Virus record (IMG/VR): IMGVR_UViG_3300009441_000008
Coordinates: 5,005 to 69,004 of that record
From: a virus
DNA length: 64,000 nucleotides
Reading direction: 5' to 3' (one strand)
Shown here: positions 41,970 to 52,051 of the stretch, piece after piece
Position numbering within the stretch: the first letter of the stretch is position 1
How the letters are laid out: every line of letters begins with the position of its first letter
The notes under the pieces: generated by a model
Databases searched by the model: none
What the model was told of the DNA's origin: nothing
Seen by the model: only the letters and a program-made list of their open reading frames with translations
Program-made: the position numbers and the translations under genes

Positions 41970-42395
41970 TTATTTTTTGTTTTTGTGAAAATTATACAAT
42001 AAATCGTTATTTAAACACTCGTCGATTATTCCAACCATAAGTGATTTCATATACAATTTAAGATCGTCGCTTTTAATTGATAAGTCTTTTAGAACATATA
42101 ATGTACATTCTAAATTCATAAACGATCTCTTTTCTTTTTTTATACCTTTAGTTCTAATGTCTAAATCGACAATAGACTGTGGTCGGAATGAATCACTGTT
42201 CAATCCACTTATTAATCTTTTTATGCCATTTCTTGATGACCTAACTACTGCGTCGTAATCCGTACATTCCTCATCAGGTTCGAGCCAAGAATTTAATTTT
42301 AAATATATAGTCTTTAAATCTTTGTGATTTATAGTTCCGTATCCAATCTTAACATCTTTGTAAGTACCTAAAGGAATAAATCTTCCTAATTTCAT
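41970..42395 (-). CDS. Hypothetical protein
   Basis: 141-aa ORF divergent from bS21. Confidence 0.6.
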   Translation of the reverse strand: MKLGRFIPLGTYKDVKIGYGTINHKDLKTIYLKLNSWLEPDEECTDYDAVVRSSRNGIKRLISGLNSDSFRPQSIVDLDIRTKGIKKEKRSFMNLECTLYVLKDLSIKSDDLKLYMKSLMVGIIDECLNNDLLYNFHKNKK

Positions 42396-42491
42396 TTAAC
42401 ATGTTTATTCTTATTTATGGTGTTACTAAAATATACACATTTAAATTCGTAATAACAAATTTTTTCATTATATTTATGTATATATCAAAAT

Positions 42492-42680
42492 ATGCTAATA
42501 ATAAAAGTAACGAACAACAACATCGATCAGGCGATCAAGAAATTACGTCGTAAAGTAAAGAATGTGAAACAATTAAATTCACTTAGGAATAAGAAACAAC
42601 ACATAAAACCTTCAGTCAGTAAAAGATTACAAAAACAAAAGGCGGTGTATATTCAAAAAATAAAAGATAAGGAGCAATAA
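42492..42680 (+). CDS. rpsU: Ribosomal protein bS21 (Bacteroidota type)
   Basis: MLIIKV...NIDQAIKKLRRK...LR....KPSV.KR....KAVY, 62 aa. Confidence 0.85.
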   Translation: MLIIKVTNNNIDQAIKKLRRKVKNVKQLNSLRNKKQHIKPSVSKRLQKQKAVYIQKIKDKEQ

Positions 42681-42754
42681 AAAACCTCCACGATTGATTA
42701 TGATATTTCAAAAGTGAAGGTTTACACCTCTAAGGTAGCAACCGTCAAGGAAAT

Positions 42755-43486
42755 CTAATTTAAGTTCTCTAATAATTCTTCTAAACGATATAAGTTGTAT
42801 TTCGTTTGTGTCATTTCGTTTATCTCCTTTTTTACCTCATCAGACTTAGATGTAAATCCATTGTCCACTTCAACTAAGGAATCTAAAGTACCGTTTATTG
42901 ATTCTTTTAATTCACCAAATTTAGTATTCAAATCCTCATTACTTATTGAGAGTATATCTTTTAATTTAGTTTTATCTTCTTCACTTAATGTTTTATCAAA
43001 ACTAATATTGAAGTTGTTTGTCAATACAGAATTTAGTAAACTTTCATTTACCCCTGTTTCTACTTTTAGTGTATCCGACACTTTACTTGTAGTTAAATGT
43101 TCAACTAAGAATTTCTTAGCAATTACCTTTTCAGAAATATTACCTAACTTATCTTCTGTTGAAAGTCTATCTAAAGACTCATACAACTTATTTGATTCAA
43201 CGTTAGTATCAGTTAATGATTCGTTCATTTGGTTAAGTACAGTACTTACCTCAGAATGTCTTTCTTTTAAAACTTTAGATAGTTCTTCCACATATAACTG
43301 TGCAGTTTCTTTATCGTCAAACGTTTTTGTTTCTAATTCCTCATAAAGGGAGTACATTTCTTTTAAAATCTCGTTCCCCATTATTGGTTTGAAGTGTTCC
43401 TTCAGGTTAGTTTTAAATTCACCCTTACCATAAGAGTTAGATAGTTTGTTTAAAACTTTGTTTTTTATATGTCCAAATGTTGTCAT
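42755..43486 (-). CDS. Hypothetical head-module protein
   Basis: 243-aa helical ORF directly after portal. Confidence 0.6.
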   Translation of the reverse strand: MTTFGHIKNKVLNKLSNSYGKGEFKTNLKEHFKPIMGNEILKEMYSLYEELETKTFDDKETAQLYVEELSKVLKERHSEVSTVLNQMNESLTDTNVESNKLYESLDRLSTEDKLGNISEKVIAKKFLVEHLTTSKVSDTLKVETGVNESLLNSVLTNNFNISFDKTLSEEDKTKLKDILSISNEDLNTKFGELKESINGTLDSLVEVDNGFTSKSDEVKKEINEMTQTKYNLYRLEELLENLN

Positions 43487-43488
43487 AA

Positions 43489-45327
43489 TTATTCTTTTAA
43501 TATGTCATTGAGTTTATTCTCTACCTCATAAATATTGCGTTGAGCCTTATCGATATCAAAAAGATCATCAAAATCTTTTGTTTCATCACCTAACATACCC
43601 AATATTTTAGATTTCTTACTTTCCGTTAATGTAGATTTACTTTTTTTCTTGTCTTCACTTAATGGTGCATCATCCATTGGAGGTGCGTCTGCACCACCCA
43701 TAGGAGGAGCTCCACCCATATCATCTCCACCACCATCCTCAGGTGCCATTGAATCGTCCATTGCTTGTCTATCCTTTTCAGGGATACCGTACTTCTTATC
43801 TACCTCATCAAACACACCAGTTCTCTTGATAATGTTTTGTGTGATACCTAATTCAGCACCAAGTGCTCTTTCAAGTCTTTGTTGTTGTAAATCAAGTACA
43901 ACGTCATTATCACTCATACCAAGAATATTCTTCTTACCCCATGTGTGTGACACTGGTTGGATACCAATCTGAGATTGATCAGAAGTAGCATCTTTGTATA
44001 ACGTAATCTTCTCTTTCCATTGTTCAATCCTTAATAAATCAGATTGTGCGGATGGATTGGTTAATGATAATGTAAAATTAGTAAGTTCATCTTCTAAACC
44101 TAAAAGATATAAATGTACTAATGCAATTTTATTTAACTCTTGAACAAGTGACTTCTGTATTCTATTAATCGTCCTTGCAAAACGTATATCCATTAATGCT
44201 AATGTTTTACCATCACCAACAATTTCCTCAAACCCTAAGAACGCCTTTGGTATTCTTAGTGCCGCTAATAATTTCTTTTGAATGTACTCAATATCCGCAA
44301 TCTCACCTAAGTTCTGTGCTCCTGGTAATGTTTCAATTGGATTTGTTTGAGATGGATCCCTTACAGGTATAAAATAATCTTGATCTACCGCCATTTGGTT
44401 GTATCTCATATCAACCTGTCCATTCGCAGGATCAACTACTTGATCTCTTTTGAATTTGTTTGCAACACGTTGTACATACGCCTCAATATCCTTATCGTCC
44501 ATGTTACCCACGAACACTTTAAACACTCTTCTTTCGGGTGCTCTTGAAGTTCTATAGATTAACATCGCATCTTCTGCAAGAAGTAGTTGTTTCCATATAC
44601 GTCTTACCTTATCCAACATTGATGTACCATATGGTAACTTTCTATCATCACCTAATAATCTGAAATGTGCAACTTCCCATGCTTGGAATTCCATATCCTT
44701 ATTTTTCCATGCAAAACGTAATTCACGTGTTTTCATGTTTACAGGTGTCTCGGCTTTGTGTACGTGAGACGCAGCACCTTCATGTCTTTCAATTTCAATG
44801 TTAGGTAACTGTTGACATCCAACAATTCCTTTTGATGGGTCAATCTTTAGATATACAAAGTTGTCACCGTACTTGGCAACTCCTCTACACCACATCTGTA
44901 AGTTTGTGTTAATGTCAAGTACGTTTTTAAATAAGTCATCTAAGATGTTAGTTACTCTTTTTGATTCAGAGTATATTGTTAGAATTTCTCCTTTTTCTGA
45001 AAGGGTTGTTGACTCTTCAGAATAGATATCTAACGATGCAGATATCTCAGGTGTGAACTCCATTGATTCGTAATCATAATATGCTGCCAATCTATTTGGT
45101 TCGTAATAAACCGATTGATTATATAGTGATTGGTCCATCTTGGCCCACTTGTCGGCAACGTATGTTGATTGTTTTGCTTGGAGTAACTCTCTTTCGTAGT
45201 CCTCTTTACTGTCTGTTTTTAACAGAGTATCTTTGTCGAAACGATATTGCGGTGGATTAGGGACATCATTTTGAAATCCGAACACCTTTGTTAACCTTTG
45301 ATAAACTGTTAAGTTTTTGTTTGCCAT
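43489..45327 (-). CDS. Portal protein (gp20-like)
   Basis: EDAMLIYRTSRAPERRVF, DYFIPVR, IETLPG, FARTINRIQ. Confidence 0.95.
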   Translation of the reverse strand: MANKNLTVYQRLTKVFGFQNDVPNPPQYRFDKDTLLKTDSKEDYERELLQAKQSTYVADKWAKMDQSLYNQSVYYEPNRLAAYYDYESMEFTPEISASLDIYSEESTTLSEKGEILTIYSESKRVTNILDDLFKNVLDINTNLQMWCRGVAKYGDNFVYLKIDPSKGIVGCQQLPNIEIERHEGAASHVHKAETPVNMKTRELRFAWKNKDMEFQAWEVAHFRLLGDDRKLPYGTSMLDKVRRIWKQLLLAEDAMLIYRTSRAPERRVFKVFVGNMDDKDIEAYVQRVANKFKRDQVVDPANGQVDMRYNQMAVDQDYFIPVRDPSQTNPIETLPGAQNLGEIADIEYIQKKLLAALRIPKAFLGFEEIVGDGKTLALMDIRFARTINRIQKSLVQELNKIALVHLYLLGLEDELTNFTLSLTNPSAQSDLLRIEQWKEKITLYKDATSDQSQIGIQPVSHTWGKKNILGMSDNDVVLDLQQQRLERALGAELGITQNIIKRTGVFDEVDKKYGIPEKDRQAMDDSMAPEDGGGDDMGGAPPMGGADAPPMDDAPLSEDKKKSKSTLTESKKSKILGMLGDETKDFDDLFDIDKAQRNIYEVENKLNDILKE

Positions 45328-45379
45328 ATTAATAAATATTATACTTTATAATATAAGGAAAATATATTAGTAAATAAAG

Positions 45380-47161
45380 TTATCTTGATCTATATGTTGA
45401 TTTACCAAATAACCAATTATGTTCCATGTACTGTTCCTTACTCGCATCTTTCTGTCCTATTGGGTATGGTGACGGGTCAGTACTCATAGAACCAATCGCG
45501 TCAAACGCAGTGCCATAGGAGTAAAACGACTTTTGAGTGTCATAAGTCCTTTCACTAAATACCCACGAATCTAACATTGCTTTGTTCGCTGTGTCGTTAC
45601 GTTTTAACTGTGTAAAACAAATATCTCCAACATACATCGCAATTGACATCGCCATAATTGCGTCATCATGTGCTCCTTTCATGTGGTCAGGTCTACCATT
45701 AACGTAAACAAATGTATTCAATTCATTTAATAGACGAGATGATTTTACTTTAAAACCATGTCTTAAGTTCTCTTCAAAACTTGCAACAATCTGAGTTCTC
45801 TTATTATTAAAACTAATACCAGGTATCTTCTCCTGTGCCTTTTTATTGTACTCCCACTTGTTTTGTGAGTTAACACCATCAATGTATTGGTCTTTGTAAC
45901 CTAACTCCTGTAATTTACGAGATGTTGCAATACCCATACCACCTGTTATATCAGTTGCTACGAACGCATTATATAGTGTTCCCCATTTATAAACAATAGA
46001 GGCTAAATCATCTGGTGGTATCATACCGACATATTCTAACACTTGTTCACCCTCATCAAAATCAATAATACATATTGAAGATGCATCGGCACTATCTCCA
46101 CGAGAAACGTCAACACCCATTATATAACGATGTCCCATTACAGGTTCTTTCCAAACCCATAATGTCGCTTGCATATATTTCTCAATTGGTTCGGTAATCA
46201 TTGTTTTCCTAATCTTCTCTTGTACGGTATTTGATATAACACCATCACCCGAACCTAAGAAATCACATTCTAATTCCTGTGCAATTTTTCTCTTATCGTA
46301 CTTAAATTTCTTTGCCATATTCTCAAACCAATGAGAATAAGGTTTGTAACCTAATTCTTGTAATTCTTCGTATCGTTCCCAACCTTCATTAAGTGTAATG
46401 TCCTCATCAACATACTGTTCTCTATTTAACATGTAATGAATAACGTCATCAACCTTTAACCATTTAAGGTCACCAGCATAACGAGGATCTTTAAACCACC
46501 TTAAATCGGTAATTTTAAAATCATTCATTTTTCTTAATGCTTGATCATATACACCGTAGTATATTGGGTCATAACCGTTAGGTGTTGAAATAAGTATTAC
46601 TTTACCACCCGTAGATAAGGATGCCATACATGCTCCCCAAAAATCATCACCAGCATCAATATACGCAGCTTCATCAAATACTAATACCGTTGGAGTGTAT
46701 CCACGAAGTGCATCTGATGAGGTAGCAACCGCTTTAACTTCACAACCGTTATTCATTCTAAAACGACTCTCTGAATTCTTATCAGGTGAAAACCCAACAT
46801 TCATCCACTCGGGCCATTGATCTAAAAAACCTCGAACCTTATTAGCCATCTCAATCGCAGTATCACGTTTGTTGGCAATAATTAGAATTCTTTCGGGGTT
46901 GGTGGGTTTTGCGGTTTGAATTCTTTTAGATAACCAAGCTGCGGTTACTGTAGATACACCCGCTTGTCTGTACTTACGGGTAATGTTTTCATTATAGTTA
47001 TCGTAATCATGTATAAGTTCAATTTGATCTGGAAATAACTCTAACGGCACATACTTTTTCTGTGTATTGTCAAATGTTTGTAAATACGTTTTAAGAGCAT
47101 AAGGAGTATCCTTCATGATCTTAGCGTATTCCTTAAGTTGTATTAGTTTATTCTTATCCAT
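45380..47161 (-). CDS. Terminase large subunit (gp17-like)
   Basis: KYRQAGVST, FDEAA, ISTPNG, QELEC.F, GVDVSRG, HDD. Confidence 0.95.
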   Translation of the reverse strand: MDKNKLIQLKEYAKIMKDTPYALKTYLQTFDNTQKKYVPLELFPDQIELIHDYDNYNENITRKYRQAGVSTVTAAWLSKRIQTAKPTNPERILIIANKRDTAIEMANKVRGFLDQWPEWMNVGFSPDKNSESRFRMNNGCEVKAVATSSDALRGYTPTVLVFDEAAYIDAGDDFWGACMASLSTGGKVILISTPNGYDPIYYGVYDQALRKMNDFKITDLRWFKDPRYAGDLKWLKVDDVIHYMLNREQYVDEDITLNEGWERYEELQELGYKPYSHWFENMAKKFKYDKRKIAQELECDFLGSGDGVISNTVQEKIRKTMITEPIEKYMQATLWVWKEPVMGHRYIMGVDVSRGDSADASSICIIDFDEGEQVLEYVGMIPPDDLASIVYKWGTLYNAFVATDITGGMGIATSRKLQELGYKDQYIDGVNSQNKWEYNKKAQEKIPGISFNNKRTQIVASFEENLRHGFKVKSSRLLNELNTFVYVNGRPDHMKGAHDDAIMAMSIAMYVGDICFTQLKRNDTANKAMLDSWVFSERTYDTQKSFYSYGTAFDAIGSMSTDPSPYPIGQKDASKEQYMEHNWLFGKSTYRSR

Positions 47162-47173
47162 ATCATTATATAC

Positions 47174-47201
47174 AAAAAAAAGTGGTCAATGGACCACTTT
47201 T
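47174..47201 (-). terminator. Intrinsic terminator immediately upstream of TerL
   Basis: AAAAGTGGTC-AATG-GACCACTTTT. Confidence 0.7.
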
Positions 47202-47206
47202 GTACT

Positions 47207-48541
47207 TTATACGGTTGGTCCGTCATCGTCATCATCAGGAGAAAGTGATATTCCGAGTGAACCTAATAAGTTATCAAACCCACTTGATTCATCGTCTTTT
47301 CCGTATTCTCTTTCGTATTCGTCTTCTTCATAATCTTCACTTTGTAAATCAGTGATGATTTGGTCAACCATGTTACTTATAATCTCTTTACCTAAATTAC
47401 TACCTTTCAATATTTCTCTTGAAACTTTAAAAAATTCATCATTATCTAAGGATGAGAATCTTGAGAATAAGTAATTTTGGATGTGTTTCAATTCCTCACC
47501 CATAATTTTTTCAGGATAAGACTCTCTAAATTTTTCCCAAATAACAGGACCTAACCTTAAATCCCATATCTCCGATGGTAAAGTATCTGTCGAATTCATA
47601 ACCATCTCAGCGGCACGAGGATCGTCAGGTAAACCTTTAGTTCCCATAACTTCCATAACACCTTTAATGAGTTCGTGAATTAATGCTGGAAAAAATACTG
47701 CAGTTGCTCTAACTGTTGGAGGATCTGTTTCAGTATCAACCTCTTCTTTACCCGCAAAACTTTCACCTTCCATACCTTTTTGTAAAACATCATCAGGTAA
47801 TATCCAATACATAAGATCGTTTACTGACATTAATATACCGTACTGAGTAAGGATGTTAGGGTTTTTTTCTTCTAATTCCGTCGCAACTAATTCAAACATG
47901 TAATGTCCTTTTTTGGATGACCCTTGAATTAATGAATTTATAAATCTTCTTTTAGCCGTCTCTTGATCAAACTGTTCAAATGCGTCGATAAAATCTTCCA
48001 CATCATCTTCAGCTTCATCAGCATCAACACCAAATTGTTGTTGTACTTCTTCTTCACTTGGTTCTTCACCTTGTTGTTGGAAACCTTCAGGTGAAATTTC
48101 ACCCATACCAACTAACTTAGCATCAAATTGTAATGATCCTTCAGGTAATGCCATTTCTTTCTTGACTAATTCTACCGCTAAATTCTCTAAATATTCTTTG
48201 TGTTCTGATTCGAACTGTAAAACACTACTTAACATTTGTTGCATAGTACCTACAAGAGACATGAATGTACCTTGATCGGTAACATTACCTTCGGTACCCG
48301 TATATCGTTTTACCTTCTCCACAACGTCTTTAAATCTCTTAGACGCCAATAACTCTTCCCAATTAGATGGTAACCCATCAGGGGTATCTTGTGGAAACGC
48401 AGGGTTATCTTTATAAGGTGTGTCTTGTGTTGAAAGTTTATCCTCAAGACCTGGTTCTATTCTTTCAGGGTTATTACCATAATCTACTGGCATTTCCTTA
48501 ATGTTTTTAATTGTTTCTAAAAGTGATTTTTTATTAATCAT
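47207..48541 (-). CDS. Conserved-looking hypothetical head-region protein
   Basis: 444-aa ORF; KRRFINSLIQG and HELIKG motifs. Confidence 0.65.
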   Translation of the reverse strand: MINKKSLLETIKNIKEMPVDYGNNPERIEPGLEDKLSTQDTPYKDNPAFPQDTPDGLPSNWEELLASKRFKDVVEKVKRYTGTEGNVTDQGTFMSLVGTMQQMLSSVLQFESEHKEYLENLAVELVKKEMALPEGSLQFDAKLVGMGEISPEGFQQQGEEPSEEEVQQQFGVDADEAEDDVEDFIDAFEQFDQETAKRRFINSLIQGSSKKGHYMFELVATELEEKNPNILTQYGILMSVNDLMYWILPDDVLQKGMEGESFAGKEEVDTETDPPTVRATAVFFPALIHELIKGVMEVMGTKGLPDDPRAAEMVMNSTDTLPSEIWDLRLGPVIWEKFRESYPEKIMGEELKHIQNYLFSRFSSLDNDEFFKVSREILKGSNLGKEIISNMVDQIITDLQSEDYEEDEYEREYGKDDESSGFDNLLGSLGISLSPDDDDDGPTV

Positions 48542-49143
48542 TCCGCCGCTTGTTTTAATTCAATACCTAATGATGCAAAACTTAGTTGTTTTGGTAACAC
48601 CGCTTTAGGTTTTGGTTTATGTTTTGGTTCAAACGGATTTTCTCTTTTTGGTTTACCTGGTTTTGTTGTTGGTTTCTCCCTTACAGGAGCATCCGTATCA
48701 GGTTCGGATGGTTGAGGTGATTGTTCATCAACTATATTACCATCTGAACTAAACATTCTTTTAGAGTCTCCTAACGCATCTGCACTATCAGATAATGAAC
48801 CAATCATTTCATACATCTCTTTCTTTGTTGTTACTTCAGGGTGGTAGTTAGATTTAACTAAACCTTCAACCCATTCGTTCACTTCATTAGTTTCGCAACA
48901 ACATGGTTCTTTTTCACACACTTCACATAATTCACCAACAGAATCTTCTTCGTAAGTAACAAATGCTTGTCCACCTTTTTTAGCTTGATCTATTGATGGT
49001 TTATCGTCTTTAGGTATGTTAAGTGTTTCTTCCGATAAAACTCTCTCAGATAGGTCTTTTAGTTGTTTATCTGTTAGGTTTGAAAGTAATTTCTCACTTA
49101 AACCTTCATTCATAAGTTTTTTTACTAATTCTGGTCTTTTCAT
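48538..49143 (-). CDS. Hypothetical protein
   Basis: 201-aa ORF with Pro/Lys-rich tail. Confidence 0.6.
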   Translation of the reverse strand: MKRPELVKKLMNEGLSEKLLSNLTDKQLKDLSERVLSEETLNIPKDDKPSIDQAKKGGQAFVTYEEDSVGELCEVCEKEPCCCETNEVNEWVEGLVKSNYHPEVTTKKEMYEMIGSLSDSADALGDSKRMFSSDGNIVDEQSPQPSEPDTDAPVREKPTTKPGKPKRENPFEPKHKPKPKAVLPKQLSFASLGIELKQAAE

Positions 49144-49544
49144 ATCCCCATTTTAAATTTTAAATCTTCTTTTATAAGTTTGTATCCACGTCCATCTAAT
49201 TTTTCGGTTACCTTTTCAAATTTCTCACCAAAAGAAAAAGTGAGACGTTCAAACTCACTCTCATAATCAAACTTTTCCCACCCTAAGGCTACAACACCAT
49301 CTACAGAATCTATAATACCGAAGTAATCAGATTTTTGTATAAGGTCGAGGTTAATGTCGGTGTTCTTCAACACTCCAACAGAATCCACATATTCTAAATC
49401 GGGTGAAAGTGATTCGGGGTATGTTGATGCTGGTACATGGTACCATTCCTCTATATCAAATTCTGTTTGACTACTGAAAATGAATTCATATTGTTTCTGA
49501 CCTTTATAGTCAGCTCCAATCTCATTGATATAGATTAATCTCAT
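49140..49544 (-). CDS. Hypothetical protein
   Basis: 134-aa ORF overlapping its neighbour. Confidence 0.6.
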   Translation of the reverse strand: MRLIYINEIGADYKGQKQYEFIFSSQTEFDIEEWYHVPASTYPESLSPDLEYVDSVGVLKNTDINLDLIQKSDYFGIIDSVDGVVALGWEKFDYESEFERLTFSFGEKFEKVTEKLDGRGYKLIKEDLKFKMGI

Positions 49545-49546
49545 AT

Positions 49547-50863
49547 CTACTTAAAGTATTTACTCAAAGTTGCGTCAACATGTTTGTTAATTTCACCTTT
49601 AAGTTCATCCAAATCAAGCTCAACATCCTCATCTAAATCAGAAACAGTTTCCGCCATTCCAAGATCATTTAATTTATTAATGTCAAATTCTCTTTTTTCC
49701 TCAATATCTTCTTCAGTATCTTCACCACCACTTTGGAATAGACTTAAAATAACATCACCATATTCCATTTTAAAAAGGTCATATAGGTCCTCGTATTGAT
49801 CATGATCCACATATTCATCAAGTAGTTGACTTATGAAGTTGTCACCAAATTCAAACTCATCACCATACTCTTCAGGGTTCATTTCATCAACAACTTCGGA
49901 ATATTTACCCGATAATGCTATCGTCTTAACTAAATTCTCTAAATTTGTTGAGTTATTTCCTTCTGACTCTTCTTGTTCGTCAACAATTTCGTCAGTATTA
50001 ACAAAACTTTCAAGTTTACCCATGATTTCGTCAAGTTCAGTGTCTTCATCTGAAGGAATTTCTTCATCACCAAATTCATCATCTGACACACCATCAATTG
50101 GTTCACCATCTTCGTCAAAATTATCAACAAAGTCTTCGTCATCTTCTGATACAAACTTTTCTGCAATATCTTCTCTATCGTCTTCGTCCAATGCATTTAA
50201 ATCGACAGCAGAAAGAATCATATTAATAACATACTTGATGTCATCACTTTCCATGTTGTCTTTAACATCTCTTAATGCTTGACCTAATTTTCCTGAGAAC
50301 TTTTGAACCTCTTCCATGTAATCAGATTTCTTACCTTCTTCATCTTCTAAATCGTCAGTTGGTAAGTCTTCAATTGGTTCGTCACCATCTACTGAGTCCA
50401 TTTCAGGTCCTTCAACAGGTGCATCATCAATTGGTGCGTCCATCTCTGGTTCTGCAGCAACTGGTTCAGCGGGAATATCTTCAACAGGTGCTGATGATTC
50501 ACCACCTTTAGATTTTAATACGTATTTTTTTGCTTCATTAAGTGTTTCTTGACCACTTATAAGTTCTAATCGTTTTAATGCTGATGAATAAGACGAAAAC
50601 CTATTTTTGTCTTTCATGAACATACCACCGATATAATCAAGGGATGATTCGTTAATACCTTTTTGTACATAGTACGAAGATCCTTCTTTAACAATACCAT
50701 ACATACCGTTGGTAGACTCCATAAGGAATTCCACTTTTTTGTGTGATTTGTTTTCGTTAATTGTGGACTTAGGGGTTCTACCATAGTTGGCAATTTCCAT
50801 AATCCTTTTTAATTTTTCATCTACAGGTAATTTTTCACTACCCAATGGTCTAAGTTTTGACAT
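49547..50863 (-). CDS. Acidic hypothetical protein, probable prohead core/internal protein
   Basis: Very acidic; several (I/L)NE sites; late motif upstream. Confidence 0.6.
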   Translation of the reverse strand: MSKLRPLGSEKLPVDEKLKRIMEIANYGRTPKSTINENKSHKKVEFLMESTNGMYGIVKEGSSYYVQKGINESSLDYIGGMFMKDKNRFSSYSSALKRLELISGQETLNEAKKYVLKSKGGESSAPVEDIPAEPVAAEPEMDAPIDDAPVEGPEMDSVDGDEPIEDLPTDDLEDEEGKKSDYMEEVQKFSGKLGQALRDVKDNMESDDIKYVINMILSAVDLNALDEDDREDIAEKFVSEDDEDFVDNFDEDGEPIDGVSDDEFGDEEIPSDEDTELDEIMGKLESFVNTDEIVDEQEESEGNNSTNLENLVKTIALSGKYSEVVDEMNPEEYGDEFEFGDNFISQLLDEYVDHDQYEDLYDLFKMEYGDVILSLFQSGGEDTEEDIEEKREFDINKLNDLGMAETVSDLDEDVELDLDELKGEINKHVDATLSKYFK

Positions 50864-50933
50864 ATTAGTATATTTGATTTTAACTTATTCTTTTATTATA
50901 AATACAACAATAACAGGAAAAATATTTAGTTTT

Positions 50934-51701
50934 CTATTGTTCTATGGATAATTTCTTATCGGTGAGTTTAGTTTGGATCCCCAACAACTCCCCTATATAA
51001 CCATTTCTCCTTAAAAGTTTGAAGGCTAAATTCTCATATGAGTATTCACCACCTTTGTCCAAACCACACTGTCTAAATGATTTTAATTTCTTTTTAACCT
51101 TAGATATGTCTTCAGAAACGTCATCTCCTTTCTCAAAAGATGATTTAATACCATCGATTAAATCCTCAAATACCTCCGACTTTTTAATAATCAATTCTTT
51201 ATCAATTGATTGGATTGTACGTTCAGGGGTAACCACCCATTCATCATTTAAGACAGAATAGATACCCGACGCTAAATGTTTTTCATTAACATCCTGTACA
51301 TATATCTCACAGTCGAACCCTTTTATTAATATCTCATGTTGTTTATTCCACAAACTTCTCTTACTATCAAAGAATTTCTTTAATAAGTCGAGGTTGTACT
51401 CTGTTTCGTTATAATCAATTAGAATGTGTAAATCAACGTCTGAGAACTTGGACCAATTGTAGTTAGCCAATGAACCTGTTAATATAATGTCATGTACAAA
51501 GAAGTCAATGTCAATAAAATTCATGAATTCTTCAGTAACGACCATTAATCTTTTTTTGATTTCATCAAGCATAAAAAATTCACCATCCTTTTCTCCGAAT
51601 ATGTCGGTGGACAGTGCATCTCTAATTTCAAATGATTTAACAATATCTTGATTGTTGCCAATCTCTTCGATTAACTCATCAACTAATTGAATGTTTTTCA
51701 T
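50934..51701 (-). CDS. Pol-beta-superfamily nucleotidyltransferase
   Basis: LTGSLANYNWS..SDVDLHI and a downstream EIYVQD. Confidence 0.8.
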   Translation of the reverse strand: MKNIQLVDELIEEIGNNQDIVKSFEIRDALSTDIFGEKDGEFFMLDEIKKRLMVVTEEFMNFIDIDFFVHDIILTGSLANYNWSKFSDVDLHILIDYNETEYNLDLLKKFFDSKRSLWNKQHEILIKGFDCEIYVQDVNEKHLASGIYSVLNDEWVVTPERTIQSIDKELIIKKSEVFEDLIDGIKSSFEKGDDVSEDISKVKKKLKSFRQCGLDKGGEYSYENLAFKLLRRNGYIGELLGIQTKLTDKKLSIEQ

Positions 51702-51943
51702 TATAATTTCTTAAACTCATAAGTCTTTGCAATACTAAGATTGAAAAACCTACCCTGTGATTCTGCGAGTCTTAATTTAGTAAACGCTTCCCACGGGACT
51801 TTATAATACTCATAACTTCCACCACTTTTAAACGTGACGACTAATGTTCCACCTTCCGTATTGTAAGATGCAGACTTTAAATTAGATGAATCGATTTCAA
51901 TTAAAATCTCTTTACCGTTGATTTTCTCTGATAGTATTGCCAT
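51701..51943 (-). CDS. KTSC-domain protein
   Basis: SSNL....Y.....L.V.FKSG..YEY..VP........AES.G.FFN..I. Confidence 0.9.
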   Translation of the reverse strand: MAILSEKINGKEILIEIDSSNLKSASYNTEGGTLVVTFKSGGSYEYYKVPWEAFTKLRLAESQGRFFNLSIAKTYEFKKL

Positions 51944-52051
51944 AATTTTTGTATTTTAATTTAATATAACAATTTATCACGATTTAATCAAGTCAGTCTG
52001 ATGTATATTATAAATATCTAAGAAATGATAAACCCCCTTACGGGGGCTATC

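Noticed and set aside
9089-47161. Inteins or introns in the polymerase, MCP, portal or TerL
   Set aside because: Continuous ORFs of plausible size; no splicing or LAGLIDADG motifs seen
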